From Klebsormidium nitens (taxonomy: Eukaryota; Plantae; Klebsormidiophyceae), in contig DF237065.1 in the NCBI GenBank assembly GCA_000708835.1, positions 1 through 64,000 on the forward strand: a DNA stretch of 64,000 nucleotides, read 5' to 3'. The position numbers and the translations under genes are program-made. The notes under the pieces were generated by a model, which ran no database searches, was not told where the DNA came from, and saw only the letters and a program-made list of their open reading frames with translations. Within the stretch, counting starts at the first letter, position 1. Every line of letters starts with the position of its first letter. Below are positions 26,601 to 37,737 of this stretch, in pieces.

Positions 26601-29600
26601 GACGCAGGCAACAAATCTCTAGAGAAGGCAGATAAACAGACCCGCATTTCCGCCGTCGATCCAGCCTGACCGGCGTTTCTCAGCCGTAGGTGCAGTGCGA
26701 GTGAGAGAAGCTGCGGCTTGCGCGCCCCGCGCCGCGCAGAAGTCTTGGCCGTCGACTCAGCCTGACATCCTTTTTCCACCGTCGATGCAGTGCGAGTGGG
26801 AGAAGCTGCGGTTGGCGCGGCTCGCGGCCGCGCAGGAGGAGAAGCGGCGGAAGGAAGAGGAGGCGCTCACGTTCAGTCCCACGCTCAGCCGGCGGTCGCG
26901 CAAGCTGGCCGCGCGCGCATTCCGGCCGCCGCGGCTGCGGCTCATGCAGGTGAGGGTTTGGGATTGCGAGGTTTTGGGGTCCTAAGAGTTCTGAGTCACG
27001 AGTTTTTGAGATTTGAGGGTCTCGGTTCTGAGAGGTGAGGGTCCAAAGTGTGTTTGGGGTTTCAAGCGTTTGTGTTGAAAGTTATGGGGATGTTTAGTAT
27101 AAGGTCTATCTTTGAATCAGCGTATTAGAGAATGATGTCCAGCAGATGTTGCAGAAAAGAAGCATTTGGTTATTGACACCCGGCAGATAGCTGAAAGCTG
27201 GACTTTCGGCAGCGGTCTGCGGCGATATTATGATTAGGTCTTTCGTTGACCGGAAGCGGCTTCAGAATATTGCGACCAAGAGCGAACCAAGAAGAGGAGC
27301 GGTACAGACTTCTCCTGGCAACGTGAACTTGTAGACACCTGTCAGCTGGTCCCCTTAAGGGAAAGGCCCGGTCCTGCGAGGCCCTCGCAAACGTTACAGA
27401 GCCTTTGTACCACAATTCTTACCTTACCGGCGGTCAGCACTTCTCCTTGCAATCTAAAGGCTTTTTGCATTCCACTAGAACATCAAACAAGTCAACTCGT
27501 ATCCTTTTGCAGCTTTCAAAACCCCGGCCTCCCTCCCCGCCCCCTCCGCTTCCCTCGTTCCGGCCCGCCATCAACCCTAGTTCCGTTGCCCTGTTCCGTC
27601 ACGGCTCCGTGACGGACCGGCTGCACTACCAGAGCCATGCCTGGTACCGCCGAAAGAACTCAAGCCCGCAGAAGGAGGTAAGCCTGTTATTCTATCGTCA
27701 AATTTGCAATCGCCCTCAAGAACGGTAGAGACAACGCGCGAAGATACTCAATGTGATCGAACGCGACCAATTGCGAAAGGAGCGAAGATAGCACCGTCTT
27801 TTCGGATGACAGCAAGCAAGACGAGAAGAATCCGCGAGATAGTATACGGTAATGCGTCTTCGAAATGATTCTGAAAATTTGCATTGGGAGCAGCGCATTG
27901 GCTCCGATGTATTGTGCTACTGACATGATTTCTATGCCGTCAGAATCTCACGCGCACCTGATAATGCTGCAAACATTGTCCTGGAAGCAAGTGATGGTTC
28001 GGCACGTGCGATCTGGCAAGTCGGACAATGAGAACGTCGTAGACAAGGAATTTCAGAATTGTGGGCTGCTTGCACGTATATATAAGAAGCATCGCCAACT
28101 ATCCATTGTTTATTTTTCAGAAAATACCGGACTTCTAAAGCGCGTCTCTGTGTTTTCCAATATTGTTTTGTCTGGTTGAGGACTTGGTGTTCAGCTTGAA
28201 GCGTGAAAGATCTCGGTTGACCGTTGAAGTAATTTCACGAATCATCTCCAAGCAAATGTCTCAATGCAACTGTCGAAAAACAATTTGCTCCCGGCTTGAA
28301 AACTCTCTCGTGCGTCGGTGACACTTCTAGTTGCAAAAACCGCCCTTCTGACTACCTGTCAAACCGATGCTTCTAATTTACCGAGGCGCCAGAGCATCTC
28401 TCTTTCGAAGGCATCGTAAGAGGTACACGGACGATTTTCTTATCTTTCCTCTCCAGTGGCGCGAGGAGCCCCCCGCGCCGCCCTATCCAAACGCCGACTG
28501 GTTCGCAAACAACGACGAGTCGTGGGACCAGATCTTACCGATCGCTCGCGCCACGTCCGGCCCCGATGCCCGGGACTGGAGCGAGGCGACTGCGCACGGC
28601 TCCAACAAGTGGGACCAGTCGCCCGCAAGCACGCGCCTGCACGTCGACGCCTGGGCCGAGGACGCGGCCGCGCTGCGCGCGCGCGCGCCGAGGGTCGAGC
28701 GGCCGTGGACGACGCAAGGGGGACGAAGCGGGGAGCACGCTCCGGAGAAGCCTCGTGAGGAACATCAAGAAGGTATGCAATCACATCAAAGTAAAACAAT
28801 TGTTACTTAACGAAGTTCTACATTTTTCGTTGCTACTCGACAGAGTATCACAAACCGCTCGCTACTCAATAAAGCAGGGCAGAATCCCAGTATAGGGAAC
28901 GTGCAACCCAAAATCGCTGTCACGAAATCACTTCTGAAAGCCTTGCTATTCAAGCTGTAACCGTGCCAACAATCGTAAGCTTTTTGTTTCGCCTGAACCA
29001 ACGCCCATTCTGCTTTGATCCTCATGGCGTCTTTCTAGATTCTTTCTCGAACCCGTATATTTAGATTATTGCAGACAAGTAATGTATTAAGTTCTGAAAA
29101 GCTGGTCAACTTATCAGCAGTTCCAATCCGCCAGACTCTTATTCAGTCGTTTTCGAGTTTGAGCCGAATGCTCTCCCAACCAGGACCCTGATTTCTTCCG
29201 CTTCTTGACAATCCAGAAGCTGCTTCGGTGCCAACGACGTCGGGCCGGGACCCGGCAATCGAGGCCCTGTCTCCCGAGGGCGGCACGCGGCCGCGGCCGA
29301 ACTCCGACCCGTCCATACCGGGGGGGTCCCCCGGGCACAATGATCCGAGAGCCAATAGCGGGGAAGCTTCGACCCGGGAGGAAGTTCCGGGCGCGGCACG
29401 GAGTCCCGGAATCAAGCGGAGCCAATCATTCCGAGAGGATCTGAAGGAGAAGGAAAAGTGGCGGACGATACGTGAGAGGATTCAGTCGGGGCCCAAGTAC
29501 TGGCACCGGCTGCACGCGCCGAACGGGGTGAGGAGTGAGCGTGCGCGCGCGCACACCCGAACGGCCGCTTTCTTTGGTCTTATGTGTTGAACCTCCAATC

Positions 29601-30266
29601 TCTCGTTTGCTAGAGAGACCCCTTGTCACACCATTATCGCTACCGAAAGCCCACAAACCACATTTGGAAGTGAAACCCTTGGCCAACTGCATTCGACTGG
29701 GACGTCTTTGACGCCCGTTTCTAATCTGCATTTTTCCGCTGGCATCATCACTACTGCAAGACATATAAATGAAGAGTATTGGCGCCCATATCGGTAAAAC
29801 TCAATTCCTTAATATGACGATCTCTCCTGTTCTCTAGAATTGGCGGCACGAAGTAAAGCAACTCTGCCACAAAACGACCGCCAATATCTCCACTTTCTGT
29901 TGCTACGAACGGTGCCTTCAGAGCTTGCTCAGTATCTGCCTGATCCCCACCGAACATTGCTGTCAGGCACAGCCAGAGGAGGCGCCAAAGCGCGGCGCGT
30001 TTCTGAAGCGGTCGATGACCTTCTCGCCCGAGCAACTCAGAACGAGCGACCTGGAGGGGGATCCCCCGAGCGCAGGGATCGCGGCGGGGGCGACCGAGCA
30101 GCTCGCCACGACTAGGAAGGCGTCGCTCAAGATAGTGATTGGGCCGGACGAGAGTAGGGCCGGGGAATCGAATATTGGGACAGGGGTTCAAATTGGGGCA
30201 GAGGTGGGGGCCGTAACTAAGGTGCCGTACAGTTCGAAGTACCGATGTCTTTTTGTAGAGGCTTGA
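23628..30266 (+). CDS. Coiled-coil protein with repeated (T/S)F-x-P-x-(I/L) and 'RLY/RLH' motifs, likely microtubule or basal-body associated; about 8 exons
   Basis: Phase-consistent exons ~23628-23936, 24257-24613, 25467-25697, 26791-26949, 27512-27676, 28457-28771, 29217-29528, 29967-30266. Motifs include VYQRLY, RPTLNPLSASML, LTFSPTLSRRSRKLA, SFRPAINPSS and VTDRLHY. Confidence 0.7.
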
Positions 30267-31193
30267 GAAGGCCTGTAGACACTTCACGCGAAGACGTCAA
30301 TATGATAGGGGCCGATTGAGACATTCGTCCTTAAGTGGGTCTATCTAATCGAGTAGATTTTGTAGACTCCATCATAATTTGTGACATGCACTTCACACGA
30401 GATTAAAGTCCTTGTCAACATGAAGGCTCGACAGAGTCACCGTTCAATCGCTAACTTTGATATCGTGGCATGTGGCTGTCACAATCAAAAAGGAGACCGA
30501 TCTTCTGAACCCGTAAAGGCCGCCGCTGCTCGAATTCTTACAGGGCGGACTCAACATTGGATTCAAATATATACGTAATCACAAATGATCAGGCTAGCTG
30601 CGATCGTAAATGCAGACGGTATAAGCCAATCGGCATCGATCCGGTCACATGGCGCACTGACACTTACATACAACATGCAGCGCAACGTACCATTTGAGGA
30701 TGAGCGCATTGCATCAACAGCCGACGCTGTATGTCATTCGCAAGCCCGCGTGGCAATTGTAGCCTCGCAATCAACTGCGAGTTCGTTCATTATAACTCCA
30801 CATACTGAACGATCATGCAAGTCAATGCCGGGCCGACAGCTGACGGCCGCCCTACGTACCAGGATTTGACGTCCGCGCGGTGGCAGCCCCGCCATGCTAC
30901 TGGGCCAGGAGCTGCAGCCCTGGGTTTTGCAAGCTGCAATTGCTAGTACTGCACCTTCTTGAATCTTTGTACGTAATCGCTAGGACTGTGTCGCGTCTCG
31001 CACCATATACTAGAAGCACGTAATGCGCCTAATTGCGTTCACTGTACTACACAACGATTGCGAGCTGCCCGACCTGATTTACTTAGCTAAAAGCGAGCAG
31101 AGACGTGGTTCTTGACTCCCTACTCGGACGCCGTGACCTTTCCGGCTTTGACTGACTGAGAAGCATGTCAATCTAGGTTTTTACAAAAAAATC

Positions 31194-34100
31194 CTACACT
31201 TCGAAGAAGGACTTGCGTCCGGTCCTACTTCGTCCATTTTCAGATTCCACCTTTTCGCTCTCGCTCTCAATAATTCGTGAAGTTTCAATCTTAGACTGTC
31301 CGCCGCCAGAGCCCTCGATGCTATGTTTGGAGGATTCGTGTAGCAACTCGGCCAAGATAACGGAGTCGGCAGGAAAGACAAACTGAAGACCGCTATCTTC
31401 GGAATGATTCTCATCTGCAATGCCCATCCCAAGCTCCGACCAAGGGGTCTTTCGCAGGATGCCCGCTTTTAACAAGGGTTCCACTTTGTCGATCTCTAAC
31501 GACAGTCTTCCACTATGTACATGATTTCGCAAAGAGTCCAGGTCGCTCTTGGAGATTCCGGCCAATGCGCGCGACAGGCGGTCCCTGGAAGCAGCACGTT
31601 CCGCTTGAAGAGCTGCACCGGAAGGAACAGGCATTTGGAAGTACGTTCGGACTGGCGCGGCGGAGTCCGCTGACTTTCAAACGATAACCATTCACTGGCG
31701 ACTTGAGGCGTTCCGTTGATGCGCTCCTCCAAAAGCGCAAGCAGAAAAGGAAGAGAGTTGGCAAGCAAAGGCATCTGGTAGGCGATTTGTCGCTATGATG
31801 GACGTTATGTTGCCACCTGTGCGTCAAACTTGCGGTAATCTGCTTTAGCGTCACAAGGAGAAACGACAACGAAGGAAATGACAAACACGGCAGCATAGCT
31901 CGAAGAAAAGACTCGATCGATCCAGAAGCCAAAAATAAGCAGATTGAGCAAGAAGCACGACACAGGAAGGGCACTAAACTTGGATTTGATCCAGGAAAGG
32001 GGAGGCACATTAAAACTGAAGCAGGAGCTGACAGCAGACAGCGGGAGGCGGAACGAAAACGGAACGGAACGGAACGGAAACGGAACGCAACGGAAGCCCA
32101 CCTGTTCTCAGACTGCCCGACGCCCTGCCCCGCTCCAGGAGCCGCTGCATGAGCGCGATCCGGCCCCCGGCCATGGCCCACACCTCCTCGAAGCTGACGT
32201 CACCCGTGACGTCATCGGCCGCGTCACCGAGCCGCGCGCGTCTCGCACCCTCGAAGTAACGCGCGGCCGCGGGCGGGGGGAGGTCTCCGAGGACTTGCAC
32301 GGTGATCAAGTGGGCACCCATTTCTGCAAAACGTCCAATTCCAAAAGTTCAATCTTTCTGGAGACTTCTGCTTTCAGTATGTGAGCAAGTCCATTATCGA
32401 GAGTCTCACAAAAATCACACGTTTTTCAGCAGGCCTGCAATTTTCGCATTTGGGCGAGATATCCATGACCTGGGCCTGCAGCCGCTCGCTGGAGAACCCC
32501 AACTTTGTTGCAACTTGACCAATATAAGAAGAAGTATATGGAAGGACTTCCCAGGAAGAAACTCACTTTCTTCCAGCCAAGCCTGCATTTTTGCATCTGA
32601 CGTCACCAGCATCACGTGGGCCTGCCGCCACTTGTAGGAGAATCCCGGACTTACCAAGTGACAACCACTTTCAACAAAAATGGACAGAAACACGATGGGC
32701 AGATCCCAGGGGAGCTTCTCACTTTCTTCCAGCCACGCTTGCATCTTGGCATCTGACGTCACTAGCACCACGTGGGCCTGCCGCCGCTCGCTGGAGACCC
32801 CCACGAGGAAGCGTAGGAGCGTCGCCAGGCTGGCGGGGTCCGGCCACCGCATCAGCTCTTCCGCGGCGTCGATGCAGATGACGGGGGGCAATAAGCGCTC
32901 CTCCACCGTATCGCTTATGCGCAGCATCTGCTGGCCCCCCCGCCGGTTCACCTGCGCCTGTGAGGTAGTCTCAACGTCAGTGGTTCTTACATACCGCAAC
33001 AAGCGTTTCTCACCACGAGCTATAAGGCTCCCCCACCGTATCGCTTATGCGCAGCATCTGCTGGCCCCCCCGCCGGTTCACCTGCGCCTGCGAGGTAGTC
33101 TCAACTTCAGTGGTTCTTACATACCGCAACAAGCGTTTCTCACCACGAGCTATAAGGCTCCCCCACCGTATCGCTTATACGCAGCATCTGCTGGGTCCCC
33201 AGCCGGTTCACCTGCGCCTGTGAGGTAGTCTCAACGTCAGTGGTTCTAACATACCGCAATAAGCGTCTCTCACCACGAGCTATAAGCGCTCCTCCGCCGA
33301 TCCGCTCATGCGCAGCATCCGCTGGCCCTCGGTTTGAGTCACCTGCGCCTGTGGGCAGTTTCAACGTCGGTGATCGTTTCAGACGGGCGACTGTTTTATC
33401 TTTTGGGGTGACAGGCGCTTCTGAACTAAGGCTACAAGCGCTCCTCACCGAAGGAGATTTAGCGATCCTCACTAGAGGCGATGACTTGTCAGACACAGTT
33501 TTGCATATTTATGCGCAGTATATTCGGCCATGGAGGCGACTCGCTTGCACGTGCAGGGAAGGTGCCGTTAGTCGAGGGTAGATTCGAGCAGAATAATTCG
33601 CCGTGATCAAAGGAGCTCCTATAGTATCGGCCGGTCCCTTCGCCCGAAATCAGTGTTTCGAGTCTCCCTTCGACTGATGGTGCTTTCATTACTGTCGAGA
33701 GGTAGCAAGCGTAATTTAACCATCGACGACCCATTGCTAATCGCGTTGTCACGTCAGATAGGAAGAGGAGATGCAGAAAACAGCTACATAATGAAGCTCG
33801 GTCTACAATCTGAGCAGCCAACCAAGAGCACCACTCATGAAAGTCAGAAACGGCAAGCAAAACGGGGACTGCTTCTTCTTCGTCTTGCTATGAACTGGAC
33901 TCTTTGGATTTCAGCGCTCACTTTCGTTCCTTCTCCCAGCCCCGGCCGCAGTCGCCGCAAGATCGACTCAATCTTTTTGACAGCTGTCTCGATGCCCTCG
34001 CAGCCTACTTGGCTCTTCTCCAAGGAGTCGATCCACCGAGTGACCTGACGAAGAGGAGATCTGTGATGGTTTGTTTGTTTGTTGTTTGTCGGTTTGTTCG

Positions 34101-37100
34101 TCTGTTTCTCTGCTTCTTCCTCTCGTTTTTTTTGTGGGTTGTTTGTTTATACGTGCGTCTATACGCTCTACGCCGGAGACAGCGGTTAAGGGTAGGTGCT
34201 GACTAGTAGCTGGAGCAGCTTTACTTCGAAGGGTCTGCAAATTTCTCGTTGCCTTGAAGAGAGATCGAGAGGCTGACAATGGGTAGAGATAAAGGTAGTG
34301 TGCTCACGCATGCTGATCGCGAGAGACAACAACGGAAAACGCTCTACATTACCTGTGGCTTGGGGTGATAACAGAATTACTGCTCGGGGCTTAATCTCTT
34401 TAAGCTTCGTGCTTAGCCCGTTCCCGGTTTCGTTTTATTGTCATCAGAGATCTACCACTCGCAAAAGTGATCGAAACAACCTTGCAACTCGGCAACTTTG
34501 ACATCGATTTGACAAGCATCGGTTTCCGATCGGAGGCTTACCTCTTCAGGTGGTTTCCTTTTGGTCAGCTTGAGGGCCTTGAGCACCTGGACACCGATTC
34601 TAACCTGGTCCTCTTTACCCAGCACCCGCCGCACCTGCAAGTAGAAGCAGACTCTTTGGGTTGAAGTAGAAGAGACCTAGAAGACTTATGACCTTGTTTT
34701 AGATGGACACGCCTCAATGCCGATGCGTTCGGAATTGAAGTTTTTTGCAAGAATGTGAACGACGCCTCCGCTGCCTCGAGTGACCTGTTTGACAGTATAT
34801 TTGCAGATCCCAACGATCACAATCAAGATTACGTGTGCATTGTTATGGTGTCTAACGGCAATTTCACGAAAAATCGTACTTTGCACTTATACGTCGTCAG
34901 GAATCTGAGCGACGCATTGGAATGGCAGACTCTCTCGGTGCTCTCAGAACGCATGGAAGGAGAACGTGGACTCCAGTTTTCATTTCTGGATCCCCACACC
35001 GGTTGGTACTCTGCACTCGCAACGTAAAGTGACTGGTTATACTCCGCGTCACCGGGTCGCCGGGCCACCGGGTTCGGCACCTGGTTACATGGTACCAGGT
35101 GTGTATACATACATTCGAGCGCTCGGTGAAAGTTGAGCGGGGCGGTCGAGAGCAGACTTGAAGTTACGCTACCATGGGTTACGCTAGATCACGCGCGTGG
35201 CAAGCCCTAGCCTTCGTCCGCTCGCGCGCTCACCGATACAGTACCAGCCGGTGTGGGGGTCTAGGACTGCGAACTGCAGTCCGCGTTCCCCTTCCATCCG
35301 TTCTGTCAGATGTCACTATTAAGCAACACGAGTTATTAAGGAGCGCAGACAGCTCTGAAAACAAAATCAGGGCCTATTGTTCTGCAAAGCTGTGACTAAC
35401 GGTCCAAAGGTGACTTAGTGGACAGACGGACGCGCCTTCTCCAACTTGCGTGACATATGCGACCAGGCAGAGCGGCCGCAACCAAGAACAACCTATTTTT
35501 TTCCCCTTAGTTTCTCACGGTTCCTTCAGAGGACTCGACCGATTGTTAACAAGTTTCTAAAGCTTTACTTAGATTCCTGCGGTACATATAGTAAACAGGT
35601 AGTACCAAAAAGTAGATAACACAATTCTCAGACATCGCAGATACGGTAGATACCTACCTACGTAAGGTACGGCAAGGTATTGCCAGTGGTGAAGAGAACG
35701 ACACTGCACAGCACAACTTACTTCTGCGTCTGCGATCCCGGACAAGCTCTCAATGTAGTTCCGGAACTGCCCCGACAGCTCGCACCCCATTTGGATGCTC
35801 CCGAGAAAGTCGCCGAAGCGCATGTTGACATATATGCCGGCCCCCGCCACGGTGCGAGTGATGCTTCCGGGTACGTCATCTGCCTGGGGCGAAGCGGGAA
35901 GGCGCAAAAAAAGGTTTGGTTGCCATTTGGTCTCGAACTTCGTGTTACAGAGCGAATGCAAACCACCGATAAAAGTTGTTGCAAGCTGCTCTTAGATTTG
36001 GTTCTTGATGCTGGATTTCAAGCGAGCCAAGAGAATAAGAAGCGAAAGGACCTTGGGAGGGGCTGCGGAAACCACAGCCGTCAGAGTCTCCACAGGCCAA
36101 ACTCCATGGGAAAAAGACCATGATAGAACTTGATTTTGACTGAACCCTGCTGTAGCTGACCCCAAACTCGACACTGGGGAGCTAGTCGAGATAGGAAGGA
36201 AAAAAACAACCACGGACACCATACGAAAGAAACAACGAGGAAATGCTAACAACGAACCAAAAAACAATCGCAATTTGATTGATTGACGAAAAGCAGTGTC
36301 CCCATGGGATAGTTCCCCCGTGCCGACTTTTCAAGCTCGCGTTAAATCAGATGCAGATTTCCAAGTTTACAGAGAGCGGGTCACCTTGGAAGCCTCTTTC
36401 TGCTCCTCCCTCCGCTGCAAGACCCTGGCGATCGTCGCCGTTTTCCCCGAGCTGGGAGGCCCTGTCAAGAGCATGAGGTCACGGGGATCCCCCTCGAGCA
36501 TGGCGAGCAACAAGTTTTCTTCCGCTTCTCGAGAAAAGTAGTCGGCCGGCACCACGAACGGGGCCTTCACTTCTTCCACCTCTTTGGCGATGTTGCGCAG
36601 AAAGGGAAGGGACTTCCAGGCACCAGTGGCGATGATGCTGGCGGGAGAAGGGGTCAAGGGGAAGTGTTCATTCGGGGATTCTTCATGCAGATACGCCTGG
36701 GGGGTTTAATGATGCAAACAGCCTTTGTTTCCGATTTTGCATAGAACGACGAATGGTGTGGATGACACTAAGAGAAACGGGGTTGCCAACACAAATCCGA
36801 TTTTCTGGATCCAGGGATTTAAGTATAAGGTGGTCATTTGAGGGGGAGGGCCTCTTTGGTATCATGCAACCAAAGGAGGGACTCCTGAGCGCAGACGGCG
36901 ATGATGGGGTGGCAATTTTTCAGGATTACGGCAGTGCTGGCAAGTTTCACAGATTCGCTATTCTCATACTTCAAGATTGTTGATCTCGGGATCTCCGTAA
37001 CTGACCTGATTATGAGACCACCTGCCGCCATGGCTAGGTCCACAACAGTGTTCCCTAGGAACTCCTTCAGGGGCCCTTGGAGGGGCTTTGTGAGCCAGTC

Positions 37101-37737
37101 GGTTGCTTTTCCAAACTGCATTTAGGGCGGCACCGTTTTTCAAGTGTAGTTATCAACGCATGGTATTATACCACTTTCAAGCGACACTTGACCACAGTCC
37201 TTGAAAGCTGGAATCCAAGATCAGAGAATGCATACGCTTCAATGCTTTGTGCTTGCACACAGACCACACAACCATCTGCAATACTCTGATCTAGTAGCTG
37301 GCCTTGTTAGCAGTATGAAAGCAAGTTGAGCAGCGCAACTTGAAAACATGAAAAAGGGGCATCAGCATTGCTTCACCTTGAGATAAAGTGAGCTCAAAAC
37401 AAGAAGAATAGACTCTCACCGTGAAAAGCATGAGAGGGAACAACTCCTGGATGCGTTGGCCAGTCTTCACTAACAACCCCATCCCATCCCCTACAGCACC
37501 ACATACTGGCACACATTGCAGAAGTGGTCTTCGCAACCGCGCTGTCTTACTTTTCCTCCTGGCACCTTCAGTTCTCCCGAGCGGAGGCGCCACTAAAGTT
37601 GCATGGATAGATCTGAACGCTGGCCACGCAGTTGTGGTTTTTAAAGTATCCTTTTGTCTTGTAAAGCCACTACTACTTGGATTCACATAGGAACGTACAC
37701 AAGAAGGTTGCGAAACCCAACTGCTTGCTGACAGCAT
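31194..37737 (-). CDS. P-loop AAA+ NTPase (ATPase_2/AAA_16-like) with N-terminal transit-peptide-like region, one hydrophobic segment and probable C-terminal helical domain
   Basis: Phase-consistent exons from ~37737 (MLSASSWVSQ..; S/T/R-rich; start uncertain) through VVDLAMAAGGLIISIIATGAW (hydrophobic), Walker A LLTGPPSSGKT (~36460-36430), Walker B region PVICIDAAEEL..LLRFLVGVSSERRQAHVVLVTSD (exon 32957-32723), VLGDLPPPAAARYF..VWAMAGGRI, and last exon ALQAERAASRDRL..FFEV* ending at 31194. Confidence 0.8.
32040..32096. repeat. (ACGGA)n pentanucleotide microsatellite in an ATPase intron
   Basis: ggaacgaaaacggaacggaacggaacggaaacggaacg just inside the donor end of the intron. Confidence 0.8.
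32903..33400 (-). repeat. 130-bp tandem repeat (about 3.8 copies) made of the branch point, acceptor and first ~70 nt of the Walker B exon
   Basis: ccaccgtatcgctta recurs at 32903, 33033 and 33163; a decayed fourth unit lies at ~33290-33400. Confidence 0.92.
34066..34150. repeat. (GTTT)n-like low-complexity tract in an ATPase intron
   Basis: ggtttgtttgtttgttgtttgtcggtttgttcgtctgtttc..gtttgttt. Confidence 0.7.
34945..35305. repeat. 66-bp imperfect inverted repeat formed by two paralogous coding fragments inside an ATPase intron
   Basis: 34945-35010 (+) encodes ERMEGERGLQFSFLDPHTGWY; 35305-35240 (-) encodes ERMEGERGLQFAVLDPHTGWY. There are 11 mismatches in 66 bp, 9 of them at codon position 3. 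Confidence 0.85.

Noticed and set aside
6359-29444. Numerous antisense and alternative-frame R/A-rich ORFs overlapping GC-rich exons
   Set aside because: Shadow ORFs caused by stop-poor GC-rich coding sequence; all are explained by the gene models above.
32903-33400. 130-bp repeats as CRISPR or as mutually exclusive exons
   Set aside because: No spacers; units are not multiples of 3 and cover only part of the exon, which fits junction duplication better.
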